This document shows, piece after piece, positions 46,453 through 62,038 of a stretch of DNA of 64,000 nt; position 1 is the first letter of the stretch, and the number at the start of each line of letters is the position of its first letter. Source of the stretch: Lingula anatina (taxonomy: Eukaryota; Animalia; Brachiopoda); the NCBI GenBank assembly GCA_051362555.1, contig CM120644.1:24636534-24700533 (forward strand). Direction: 5' to 3'. The translations under genes and the position numbers were made by a program. Below the pieces are notes generated by a model. It was not told where the DNA came from. It did not search any database and saw nothing but the letters and a program-made list of their open reading frames with translations.

Positions 46453-46855
46453 GTAATACCCAGAATTGGGTGGAAATAAATCCACGATCATCTCAATTAT
46501 TGGAACTATTTCAAACTTTTGCGTTTGTGTGAAAATAAAGTGTAAAATTTTCTGTCGACAAGGTTTCTTATGACTAGATGACGGTAGAATTTAGAGGTGT
46601 AATCGCTGTCGAAATTCGGCATGTGTTACATTTTAAAGGGTGATTCTTGAATGGGCAAGTGCTTTAAAATAAGTGTCGGCAGTTTTTATGGCTACCAAAT
46701 TTCTGAACAGAAAAAAAAAAAAAAAACTTCCTATCTAGAGACGCATATTGTTGGTATGTAGGGCCTTGATTAGTGGTTCTTCAAAAACTTTGTTTAGGTT
46801 TCAGTTGTTGCGGTCTGAAAAAAAAAATGCATTGTACTATGAGCAGTGTGCATAA

Positions 46856-49519
<2,664 letters not shown>

Positions 49520-52500
49520 ATATTGCCGTCAATTTATTGTACAAAACACAAAAAGACTGTAACATATTAAAAAAAGCCAATTGAAAAGAATAATATACTG
49601 TGGTTTCTTGTTCTTTTGTCTATTATGCACCTTTTTGTTATCAAGAAGAAAGCCCAACAAACACAGAAAATGTAACAACTACAACAACGCTGTAAACCTC
49701 AAAAGAAAAAAAAAAAAGGAAAGTAAGGTAAAGCTGCATCAGGAATGATCTTGTCGAACAGAAGGATTCTTGGTAAAACCACTTCAAAATTGGGATTCAT
49801 CGCTGCTGTTGGCCTTGGCTGAAGACTGGCATGAAATGGGATTCCTTTTACCACTAAGGAAAATTGTTTGAGAATATTGTCTCCCCTTACTTTTTTAGTC
49901 GGCCAGTTGGTTAAATCCCACCTGCCCAATCCAAATAACAGCCAGTATTTTAGCGATTATAGAATGTTGTCAATTTAAGATGCCCAATCTTTAAATAGCA
50001 GATCTGGACACGGAACTGGCTTGTTCACTCCCCCCATCGTTTTGTGGAGGTGGAACAATTAATGAGACATGCAAATAAAGCAAGGTTCCATCCCTGACTG
50101 TCTCCGCTACTCGTCGCAGAAAAAAAAGTGATTTTTTTTCATCCTGACCTTCACCTGAACATAATCCTTGATCCCGTAGTGCGCTGTTAAACCAATGATG
50201 TTTTATTTTATTTCGCTGAATATTTGTAGTGCATCCCCACTGAAATAACGTGCATTGGAATATTTAACCCCACGGTGATCATTTGATCATGTACAGATTA
50301 TGGTTCAGTTTTCGTTTGATTGTGGTAGGTGTGACAGCAGAATGTGTACATCTAACGCATCCGCTGTGCACAGTTGTAAAACCATAGAAGTGAAAGTGAT
50401 TGCTATTCTTTACCTTATGTTTCCATTTAACAGTGAGTTATACTTTAATTATATAGTTAGATACCGGAAACGGACACCCTTGGGTTCCTAATGCTAACTG
50501 ATTACAGAAATGCAAATGATGACATGAACAACAGAACGTTTGAATGAGTGACTCTAGATAACTTGCAAAAACTGTTGAATAAGAATAATAAAAAAAGTTA
50601 AGGATTTTAAGTTCAAATTGTCGATGATATGCACTTCGGCAAGCATTAAAAAAAAAAAAAAAAACATTCTCTCCTCTTTCTCTCCAAGGTTGATTTGTGC
50701 TAGCGCAACTCGTGGTTCGGCTCGTCTTGGTATTACTGACAGAAAACGCCCCCTACACTTGAGTGGGAGGAGGAAGCACACACTCTAGTGAAAGTTGGTG
50801 ACGGTGACCTAAGTTTTTAACTTACTTTACAGCCACCAGATTATGGTTACAAGTAGACCTGAGTTTACGGATAACATATTAAGGTAGGTTGCTTTCGTTG
50901 ATTATCTTAACATCGTAGAACGGCAAATAGAAATGGGTTTTGCTGTGTCACAAACTTCGGTCCCTCGATTCTCGTTGACACGACTACGCAGTTCGCTTTG
51001 AGACAATTCGGGCTTCACAAGTTTACTGCACAATCTTTTCGCATGTTCTCACTGGTTAGACAGGTGTGATTTATAAGTACATAGGTGAATTAAGTGCTGA
51101 ATCGTTATCAAAGTATCCCTGGTGACATGTAGGATATCTAGAAATTGGTTATTTTAAAGAAAATTTCAAGAAATGAGTTCAAAGTCCCGAGGGAGAGACC
51201 CTCTTCTTACTGTCCTTACAGTATATGCTGGGAAGAAGATGTGATCCTGAAATGGGTGATGTGGTCATAGGGATTTGTATGACTTATATACCTTTTATCT
51301 GCATTTTTTATAAAAGTAAAAGATATCATTCAAATAAAATTGATAATTACACAAATGGTTAAGCACATATTAGTAAGTGCAAGTCATGGGGATGGGCCAG
51401 TGATAACCAACACATTTCAAGTGTAAAAGTAAAGAAAATTCTTAAAATCATTATAGGATCAACTTCAGTGTGCAATGCTACAACAGTGCAATACTGAGTA
51501 GTCAGCTGTTGTTTATTATCTTCAATCTTTATATATATTTCATTTTGTCTATTATAACTTGTCAAACTCCTTGAATTATCCCTTTATTTTCCTTAATGTG
51601 ATCTGTTTAATCTAATTGAGGGCATTCCACCACATCTCAGTAGACGTGTATGATCTCATTGTATTAAACCACCAAGGAAGATCAGAAGAATTACTGGTAA
51701 TGTTCTGGCTGAAATGAACAGCAATTTATCACAAGATGATAGAGTTTTTAAAGAGACTTTTTTTCTACTGATCCATCCTCTCCATTAGTGCGACTTCCAT
51801 GGGTCATTGACTGACTCTGAGAAATATAAGTACTATAGTCTTAGATATATACAATATATTAAAACCTTGTTCATTGCCCCCCCCCCTCCCCCCACTCCTG
51901 ATCCGTCTGAAAAGTGCAATTTGTTACTGGATACAAACAAAATACCTACTAGTATATTCTCAGATTTTGAGATAATTTCAAGGTAATAAGCCACCACTAA
52001 TGAGGAGATCCTGATAGAGTTGAAATCTTAAATATCATTTTTTTTTCTTCTAAATAACTGTCAATCCTAAAAAAATCATCAAAAAAATTAATAAAATCTT
52101 AAGATATTTTGTCAACTGACAAAATGACAGTCAATACTGATGACAACAAGGTCAGCATTTCAGGTGTTTTTTTAACGCCTCATAAAAACCCCGCACAGGC
52201 TCCTATGGGCCATGTTAAACTGGCACAGGTGATCATTGTAAGTAGTTGACATGTTGTTGGACAAGGGCCAGTGGAAGGTCAGTGGTCTTGCTCATTTATT
52301 TAACTCATGTGTTCATGGAAGCATGCTCTGTAATTTTAAAATTGTCAAGAGTTGATGTGTGTTAGATAGCATCATTGGGGTAGAATTAACACAGGTCAGG
52401 ATAGGTTTATTAATGGGAGTGAATGCCAGAGTAGCACTTTATTCAATTACTTCATAATAGGAAATGTGTTGACTTTATTACTTTGGGGAATACAAACTTG

Positions 52501-53060
52501 TATCTGAAATTGCATAGACTCTAGATTAGATTTTGATTGACAGTGGCCTGTTTCAGTCAACATTGTGCTTTGTTCTATCTCTCTATCTCCCCCCCCCCCC
52601 CCCCCGCGTCATCCGGTTAGTCTGATTTCTAACCTTCCTGTCCTTTAGACAAAGCATGCAACTAATTCCAGTTACAAAGCTAGCAAGTGGGTCAACAGAG
52701 AGATTAGATAGGATTTCTGTGATTAGACACTAAAACCTGTCGTGATGGGCAAGGCAGTGTGGTTGTGAAGTCACCACAGTCTCAGCATGATCTAGGCATT
52801 TTAGTTGTCAGCTGTGTATGCTGTACACTGCCACCTCCAGCTATTACTAATTGAACTATCCTCTCACTGTCTCCTCCTGCTCTCTATTCCTTTTAACAGG
52901 GTAACACAATTAGCATGGCAGTAGACATGATGGCTTAAGAGAATGGCATCTGGAAATGGTTGAGCGAAACTTTGATGGCGAGGAAAACTCTGATGGGATT
53001 TGGTAATGTTTGGGGGATCTGCATGATGTAATGCAATCAAATTGCCTTTTGCTGTATAGC

Positions 53061-53092
<32 letters not shown>

Positions 53093-53830
53093 TTTTTTAT
53101 CAAGATAGAACATGGCACCTTATTTGTTCTAATGAGAGTAATCAAGGAGTAATGAAGTAGACGCAAGATGGATGGACTCGGCCATATACCATTCTCATAG
53201 TATTACACATGTCTGCCATTGACATAAGTGAATTAATCTGTATTAAGCGATCATCCTGGTAATACCGTTCTCCACCTTGTGGGTACTGATAGATGAATGA
53301 CTTGATTACTGACAGCAAATTGAGTTCTGATTGATCAATCATTCAACTAATGCCTAGCGTAGTCTACCTGGTTGCTGTCACATAGGAGAGGATTTCAAAC
53401 GAGGGGAATTTCTGACATTAGATCAATGGATTGATAGGAAACTGGCTGCCTGTGTTCAGTTGAGCTGGTACCAGAGTAGGATCAACCCATCTCCAGTGTA
53501 AATGCACCCTAGGCTAAGTTAATTAAGTTTTAGTGGTAAAGATCAGTCACCAGCTCCAGTGGAAATAGATTCCGCTGTCATATTTTGTCATTAAATGATG
53601 CTGTCACTGCTTTGCGATAGACCTGACCTGGTAAGTTGCTTTTTGCAGTGGATGCACATGAGAAGACTTAAAGAGGACAGTTTTATTTGAGAAAATAATG
53701 GATCATTTGTGAAGGTTTTTATTATTTTCTTAAAGGTTCCTTGATGTTTACTGAACTTTTTGTACGTATTCAAACTAAATAGAAACAGAGACTTAAAATT
53801 TTGGCTACAATTCAAGTCATAGTCAACTAA

Positions 53831-56033
53831 TTAGTACCACCAGCGTGTACGCTGGCGGTACTCATGGTTTTAGTCCCGACCCGTCTCGTCCAGCTCCGCC
53901 GGCTCCGCCGGCTCCGCCGGCTCCGTTGGCTCCGCCGGCTCCGTAAGCTCCGCCGGCTCCGCGTACTGGCGCCGGATACAAGTCACCGTTACCGCTTCTC
54001 CTCCTAGACCACAAGGACCCCTGTCCCCATCTCTTGGATTTAGGTCACATATAACCTCAACTTGAACCCCCAGGTTTTTTTGTCTCAGTCGGTGCATTGA
54101 CCTGGGCGTGACGCTCGTTGCAATGCACCCTTGTCAAAATTTTTGAAAATTCAATGCCAATTATCTACCCTACGGAAGGAATTATGGGAAAAATTTCTAC
54201 AGACGGCTTTCCAAAAGTCATATGTGTAGATTTCAAATATGCCCTTGGATTTGACCTTTGACCTTTATTTCAAGGTCAAACGGGCCAAAATTTTCAAAAA
54301 AATGAAATTTTTTATGAAAAAAAAAATATTATTTGCACTGTTATTCAGACACTACACAGACTTAACCAATAATTATATTGGAAAGTGTTACCCTTTGGGT
54401 CATCTTTCATCTCCATGAATTTGGGGTCAATCGGTGCATTTTCTCGGGAGTAGCGGCCATAAGATACCGAAACTGAAAACTGTCTCTAATTCGGGAACCG
54501 TTAATGCTAGCGACCCGTTCTTTTTTGCATTTTATAGAGCATGTAAAGCCCAACACTGAGAGTGGACTCCGTTTTTTTTGTATTTCAAAGGGTTTTCGTG
54601 TTATGCTGTATTAAAAAGTACTTTGTGGTGGCACATTATTGTAACTCGGAATTGTAACATTTAGTCCCTTATATCTCCAAAACTGGCAGAGGTGGTCAAT
54701 AGTTATTATTTAAGTTGAATAGGAAGTCATTTACTTGGAATCTAGATGTGACCTTGAAATTGACCTTTGACCTACTTTTCACCATGAACTGAACTTTGCA
54801 AATTTTTGTTCCGTTTAATCTCCAAAACTGGCAGAGATAGGTCCATAGTTACAATTGAACTTGAATAGGAAGTCATTAGAGGCAATTTACTCTGACCTTG
54901 ACGTTGACCTTTGACCTACTTTTTATCATGAACTGAACTTTGCAAATTTTTGTTCCCTTTTATCTCCAAAACTGGCAAAGATTCACCCATAGTTACAAAT
55001 TAGATTAGAAAGTCATTAGAGACATTTTATTGTGACCTTAAAATTGACCTTTGACCTACTTTTCACCATGTACTGAACTTTGCAAATTTTCATTCCCTTT
55101 TATCTCCAAAACTGGCAGAGATAGGTCCATAGTTACTATTGAACTTGAATAGGAAGTCATATACTGGCAATCTAAGTGTGACCTTGAAATTGACCTTTGA
55201 CCTACTTTTCATCATGAATTGAACTTTGCAGATTTTCTTTCCCTTTTATCTCCAAAACTGGCTGTGATAGATCCATAGTTACTATTGAACTTAAATAGGA
55301 AGTCATATACTGGCAATTTACTGTGACCTTTAAATTGACCTTTGACCTTCCTTTTACTATGAACTGAACTTTGCAAATTTTCGTTCACCTTTATCTCCAA
55401 AACTGACAGAGATAGGTCCATACTTACTATTGAACTTGAATAGGAAGTAATACACTAGCAATCTGTGACCTTGAAATTGACCTTTGACCTACTTTTTATG
55501 ATGAACTGCTTTTTGCATGTTTTCTGGCCTTTGAATCTGCAAAATTGGCAAAGAAATGCCCATGGTTGCTATTGAACTTGAATAGAAATTCATATACTAT
55601 GATATTGAAATTGACCTTTGACCTACTTTTTCACCATGAACTGAGCTTTGCATATTTTCTTGCCTCTCATATCTTTAAAACTAGCAGAGATGTGCCCATT
55701 GTTTCCCCAAGGTTTTCTCTTTTGTCAGCATATATGCACCATTGACAACACATTTCAAGGAAAACCAATAGGCCTTTTGTCTAGAGAATACAGTAGTGAT
55801 CAAGGGTAGGAAAATGCAAGTCAATTCGAAAATCTGCTTGATTGTACCATTTTTAGTTATATTTTTTTGCATATTTTGAGAACTCTTGTTGATTGCATCT
55901 TATAGAGCTTCTCAAACACAAGACTGGTGATGGTGTCCCTTTTAGGAGGGGGGGGGGGGTCCATACGAATGCGCTTACTCCAGCTGGTGGTACAATATCC
56001 GGAGGCGGTATCGCCTCTCTGATCCTCTAGTTT
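53831..56033 (+). mobile_element. Non-autonomous Helentron/HINE-like (DINE-1/pearl-type) rolling-circle element, ~2.2 kb
   Basis: Subterminal inverted repeat gtaccaccagc (53834) / gctggtggtac (55983); 5' 9-bp repeat (ctccgccgg)n at ~53894-53961; central tandem array; 3' hairpin gaggcg-gtat-cgcctc followed by ctagttt. Confidence 0.75.
54670..55695 (+). repeat. ~144-bp tandem array (~7 units) inside the HINE-like element
   Basis: atctccaaaactggcagag..aataggaagtcat..tgaccttgaaattgacctttgacctactttt recurs at ~54673, 54818, 54962, 55102, 55248, 55393, 55536 and 55671. Confidence 0.9.
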
Positions 56034-57629
56034 AGGTTGCTTTACCTCATTCACCATGCAGTTGACTGCTACAAGCAAAAAAGGCTTGTCTCACATATTA
56101 ATTTATACAGCTTAATAGAATACAAAACAAGGGGTTTAGTTCATAGTGTCTACCGCTGCATGTCACATAATAAAAGGATGCTTGATAAATATTTATCAGT
56201 TTAAGAAACCGAGAAGATTTATGGATAAAAAACCAGAGCACAGTAGGAATTCTAAGTTCAGTGAATACTGTATTAGTATTTACATTGGAAGTGGGCTGAA
56301 ATAAACCTAAATCTGATTGTGGAAGAATAGAAACCCCAGCTGTTAACAACCGTGGCCGTGACATTGTTTTGATTATGATATATAGTACATTGAACCTACA
56401 GTAATTACTGGATCTTTTAAATGGGGGAAATTACACATTTGACAGATATAGTTTTTTAGTCATAAAATCTTGAAATAGGAACATTTTCAGTGAGTTGTAG
56501 CAACAAAATGAAAAAGCAAGCGACTCTGTACTAGCACTTTTAGTCTATGCAGCACAAATGTCATATAGGAATATTGTTTGTGATTATAAAGTCATGTATC
56601 TAAAAGTTTTATAATTTTGCCTATTAAAAAGATGTATTAATTACCATACTTTTAATCATGCCTACAGCAATCACATTTAAAATCCGTATTTATGTATCAT
56701 TCTTTGTCGCATCCATAAAGTTCAAATAGCAGGCTATAGTTACTGTATCTGAGGTAGCACTAACACTCGGCAATTTACTAGTAGCTAAATGCTAAAACTG
56801 AAAAAAACTGAAAACTGACTTATGTTGGCTAAACAAAAAAATGATCAGTTTGACTTGTTTTAGTCAAATTTAAACCTTCTGGATAAAAAAAAGTGATGAA
56901 AAAGTAGCGATTTGGCTAAGAGAAAAAAAAAATACCAGCGCTAGCCCAGAGTATATACCCAGCCAGTGGCACATCCATAGATCTGAGTTAATTTCTCACC
57001 AAGGAAATCCAATCCAATCTCTCTACTGGCCCACACACTGCATTGTTCTTGATATTTGTGAGTGTCTGCAGTACTGTAGTGCTGGGGCACATTGCACCAA
57101 ATTCTAGTGAATTAAACTCATAAATTTGTCTAGATTTGATGCAAAAAAGTTAGTCTTGGTACTTGAAACCCAAGATGAGTGTCAGAGTCAGAAGCAGTCG
57201 TTTTAAATGTGTTACTGGGAATCCACGCTAGGTTCAGATACTAGTAATTTAAAAACCTTTAATTAAGAAATGTATATTTTTAGATTTACCTGGAAATGAA
57301 GTCCACAGTTTTGAAAATAAAAAAAAAGAAAAAAAGTGGGCAGGGTTGTACTAGTACTAGTACTAGTAGCCTGATATCATATAGCTTAAATTGTGTAGTT
57401 TGTTTTATGATTTATGCCCTTTTCTAAAATCTGTTCAATCTGAGACCACCTCCGCAGGGACAGATTGGTGACAAATATCATGAAACATCTCACATATAAC
57501 AGCAATAAAAAGTTCACCCAGAAAGACATAGAGATGTTCTCACAGGAAGATGATTTATGATACCTGTCAACTTATGTGGCCTGGTTGATTGTTAACATGA
57601 AGGTCATGGCTTCTACCTCACCTGAAGAC

Positions 57630-57851
57630 TTAGACCCCATTTCCAGAGATTAGATCGATCTACTTTAGATCGACCTAACTCCCTGGGGGTTCACGCTAAA
57701 TAGCTGTCAGCCGGGCGGACACGAAAGTTAATTACCCCCTTACAGCTTGTAGTAGGCGGGACGGACATTTAAGTCGGATTATCTGAAAGTAATCTAGTGA
57801 GACTCCCCGCGGGGATAGATCGATCTAAAATCTCTGGGAATACAGCCTTTA
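57630..57851 (+). mobile_element. MITE family 1 copy
   Basis: Full length, TTA on both flanks. Confidence 0.85.
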
Positions 57852-57903
57852 AGACCTGGTGTACAGGAGTGTGGTCTTGGATAAAGAATTGTAGAGTCAA
57901 ATA

Positions 57904-58083
57904 CAAGGCTTGACGCTAACTTTTTTCAATACTGGCCCAAGATATTGGTATAAACTATTGCAAGGATGATTTGACACATGACATTTTACTTGCTCTTTGG
58001 GCCAGTCACCCCATCAGTTCAATGGCCCTTGGTTGGTTTTCAGTGGCCCAGGGCCAGTGGGCCACCCTTAATGTCAAGCCCTG
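57904..58083. mobile_element. Short hAT-like MITE (family 3)
   Basis: caaggcttgac..gtcaagccctg termini; related to 27650-27825. Confidence 0.55.
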
Positions 58084-58510
58084 AAATAATCCTCCAGTAT
58101 TATTATGTGGTGCTCAGAGACAGCTGATGAGGTTATAATTTGGAAACATCACTTCCATGTCATAGGTAACTGCCCCACCCCCCTTGCACCTCCATTCTCT
58201 TAACTATTACACAGGGACTCTTTAAGATTTAGTGTATTGGATTGCATTATTGGATAAAGAATTGAAGAGTCAAATTTTCCAGTGCTACTCTATTTTAATT
58301 GCGTTGCATACTCAGACAGGTAGGGTGATTTTAATTTTTTTTTTCAGGCATTGTTTTTCTTCACTGGATTTGTAGAGAGTGGATGGTGACATTTATTACT
58401 CGAATTTTCACTTCCCATCAAAATATATCTTTCTGTTTGAAACCAGTTTACAATAGCTGGTCAATTGGCTAAACCTTTTAGATCAAAAGTTATGTTTACT
58501 TCAGTTAAAA

Positions 58511-58511
<1 letters not shown>

Positions 58512-58563
<52 letters not shown>
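58512..58563. repeat. (TTA)n microsatellite
   Basis: About 17 units; source of the poly-Tyr ORF. Confidence 0.95.
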
Positions 58564-58564
<1 letters not shown>

Positions 58565-59237
58565 CTTTGAATAAAGTGTTGGTCCAAAACAATATCTTGA
58601 ACCTAATCAGTAAAACAAGTGCAATGTTTTATTTAATAGGACCGCTATTTTAATTTTTGTGCAGTAGGTTAAAGTAAAACAATTTGTTTTTTGTCTTAAA
58701 GTTGACATCAAACTAATTAAAGCACTTTATAAAGTGGGGCCCCAGACATCATCAGTAAATGAGGTATTAACAGTGTTGTAAGGGGCCCAGTAGTGGTGAT
58801 GTGGCTGCTGTTATATTGGCACAGTGATAACACTCTGATAACCTGCAACATTCACTGATCTCAACACAATAATACATGATTAGGGCAGGGTGGCCCAGAT
58901 ACCAGGCCCCCCTAGCTGTATAGTAATCTTATTATTGTAACATCATGGTACCTGTAGCCCTTCTGTACCCTGAGCCAGCATATCAATGACTTTATGCTAA
59001 ATTATAACTTTATAAATGTCTCATATACATGGTCAGGGCACAAATCTGATTATTCCAGGGCCCTGAAGTTGTATAATGTGTGGTTAATCACTTCGACATG
59101 GTTATTGTGGCACTTTTTGACCCTCATTGCCCTGATTGAGGATATCTATGACATAAATAGGATTTAATACCTCCACGGCACGATTTACCTGTTAATTTGG
59201 TGACCGCCATTCAATTAATGACTGCGTGTATTTTTAG

Positions 59238-59338
59238 GTGTCCGCAGACCATGCTGAGCCGTGATTTATCAGTGTTAGGAACATAATCATTGCCACGTTG
59301 ACAGTCAGCTACGGAAGGACAGCAAAGACTGCGTTCAG
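59238..59338 (+). other. Candidate non-coding (5'UTR) exon of an unidentified gene
   Basis: tttttag| 101 nt, GC-richer than its flanks |gtgagt; stops in all three frames; contains a short ATG ORF. Confidence 0.3.
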
Positions 59339-61857
59339 GTGAGTGGAATGTGCGTGTATCTTGCCATGTTGTATTGTTCCAGTGGGGCTACATGTGGCCT
59401 GGGTTAATTCACAGATTTATACACTGGCTACATTCTTCATCTCAACTATTGATCGTTGATACTTGGTGTAAATTAAAGTTATCTTATGGAAAAGGGTGAT
59501 AAATTTAATTTATTGAAAGTATACTAGTCCTCACATCTTTATATATTTCCAACAGCCAAGTTGTAACAATTAATGTTATAGATGTAACCGTTATTGTATT
59601 ATATTGTATTGAAAATTACTAGATATCCTGTTGAATTATTACTTACATTACATTGTTATACATGTATTACTTATACATGTACAAATGTGGGTTAAAGATT
59701 GTATTTTTGCGTGTATGTGCATCTTCTCATTAACCTGGTATAATAGACATTGAAAAGCGTTTAATTCATTGATGAGTATATTACAGATGTTAGAGATGCG
59801 TGCTACCAGGTGTGTTCTACCTGCTATGGTGAGCATGACATAGTAGGAATTATTTATAGAGAAAATTGACAATTATTTCAATATATACCACAGTATGTAA
59901 CAGGAGGAGGTTGTTATGCAATCAGAAAAGAACATGAAACATTACTGTAAGTGAGGTGTAATTCATGTAGAATAGAAGTAAAATTTTCAGACATATTTGG
60001 TCTTTATGGTACAGGGGCATGTTAACTAGATAAGATTGTAAACTTTGTTAAGTTGTTTAAATGAAGTGTAATGCATCAGTTTCGTTGGTGATATTTAAAA
60101 CAATCATGTGGTTGATTCTTTATTGAACAAAATTTCATAGTAAACGTATTGTGGCTTAAATTTTGATAAATATTAAAAGAAATAGAAACACCATGTATAT
60201 AGTTAAAATAGTAAGCTGCAACATTCACCAGTCAGTTTTGGATGGGGTGAATGGAGGGTTGGGGGGAGAGGGGGGGGGGCTTGAGTTTTATTTTGTAACC
60301 CCTGCAATACATAGAGAAGTTTAAGTGTCTGGGTTATGAATAGACCATGAATTAAGACAGTGAAAACAATTTCCTTTCATTTTACCAGTTACACACACAT
60401 CCACACATGCACACAAACATCCACATACACACACATGCATACGTATACACACTTGCACGCACGCATGCACGCACACACACACACACAGGAGAAGATTATT
60501 TACTAATAACATGACAGTTAACATCATGGCAATTTTTCTATTCTAGTAATTATTAAAGTATGGCACTGAGATGAAGTAGATATATTGACAGAGAGTAATG
60601 TTTGGTGTAATATTTAACACAAACTCATCCTGCCATCATGTGCCAGACTTATCATTAATTGATTGACAGTTTTCCGTGGTTTCCTCTTGATATTTATCCC
60701 CCCATTGTCCTACGGATATCATGACAACAGGGTCTATTGATTTCTGCTGTATCTTCACAATACTTGCAATGTTTTCTCAGCTAAAGTTTATCTCTTAGTA
60801 AAAGGAGTGATATGTGTATTTTCTACCTGTTATTCAGCTCTCGTGATGAGAGAGAATAAGGTAGATAAGACATGCTGATTATGGCAATTAAAACTTATGT
60901 TGAGAAGGTTGGGAAACATTTTCCATATCGGTAAAAATACTCAGTATATCAGAAAATGTTTCAGTTTTGTTTTTTGCCTGTGTTATTGATTAGATTTAAC
61001 ACTGTGATTTGGAAGAGGTATTTTTAAACCGTTGCCACAAGGTGTTTTTACTTTGAACTCCTGATTGACATATTTATCAAACATTCTCAAATTTCCATAA
61101 GATCAACAAACTGAATAAAGAGATAATTCATAGCACTAGAAAAATATTGTTCTGAAAATGGTGATACTTAAATTGTGACAACAGAGGTTTTGTGAAGATA
61201 CTTCCTCCTTTATCTCCATACAAAGCTGTAGTATAACAATATAAATAATTCATTGCCTTCTTTTCCTCAGAACATTGCAGTGTATTGTCAGAGCACAGAG
61301 GCGGCCTCATATGTCAGTGTTTAAGGTACCAGCATGGCCGTCCTTCACTAAACAATATAAGACCTGGAATTGAATGTTTAAACAGAATTTTGTAGTCTTC
61401 CTCTATATGGGATAAAACTGAGGTAGTTTGCTGAAATATGTTGATTATGAATGTGTAACACTGAAGAAGACTAACTTTTTGACTAGTTCGTACCTAATGT
61501 CAGTTTCACAAAATGGTAGTCTGAAAATTGGACTTTAGTTTTTAATTATAGACAAAAGAAGTACGTGTACATTGTGTACATTTTTCAGTTCAAGATAAAT
61601 CCATCAGTTGAAAAAACTGCGATAAAGTTATTTTAGTCTAAAAAAAGAAAACACATTATCCATTACTCCTTAATTTTAAGCAAAGTGGGCAATCTTTTAT
61701 AAAGAATTCACTGCTGTGGATTAGTCCCTTGTGGCCTGAGTCGTATATCAAAGAGTTGTCTGGCCATTATCTGGGACCGTGACCTTGACCTTCTCCTTGA
61801 CCTTGACCTTCTCACACAAGATAACTTGATACCAAAGGAAGGATAGGGAATGATTCC

Positions 61858-62038
61858 CTAGGCTGCATTTAGAACAGTGCACTAACTACTCCAAGGGTCA
61901 AATATGGCCGACCCACTTGAATACTTCCCCACGGGGAATCTATTCAGTGTCTATCAGCGGATAAGATGGCAAGCTTTTTAGTGGGTGGCCACATTTGACC
62001 TGCGAACTAGTTAGTTCACTGTTCTGAATGTGGCCCTA
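61858..62038 (-). mobile_element. MITE family 2 copy
   Basis: ggctgcatttagaacagtgcactaacta..tagttagttcactgttctgaatgtggcc TIRs; interior is the reverse of 37230-37405. Confidence 0.78.

Noticed and set aside
53870-54097. (EPA)n ORF
   Set aside because: Antisense translation of the 9-bp repeat in the HINE-like element.
58465-58653. Poly-Tyr ORF
   Set aside because: (TTA)n microsatellite.
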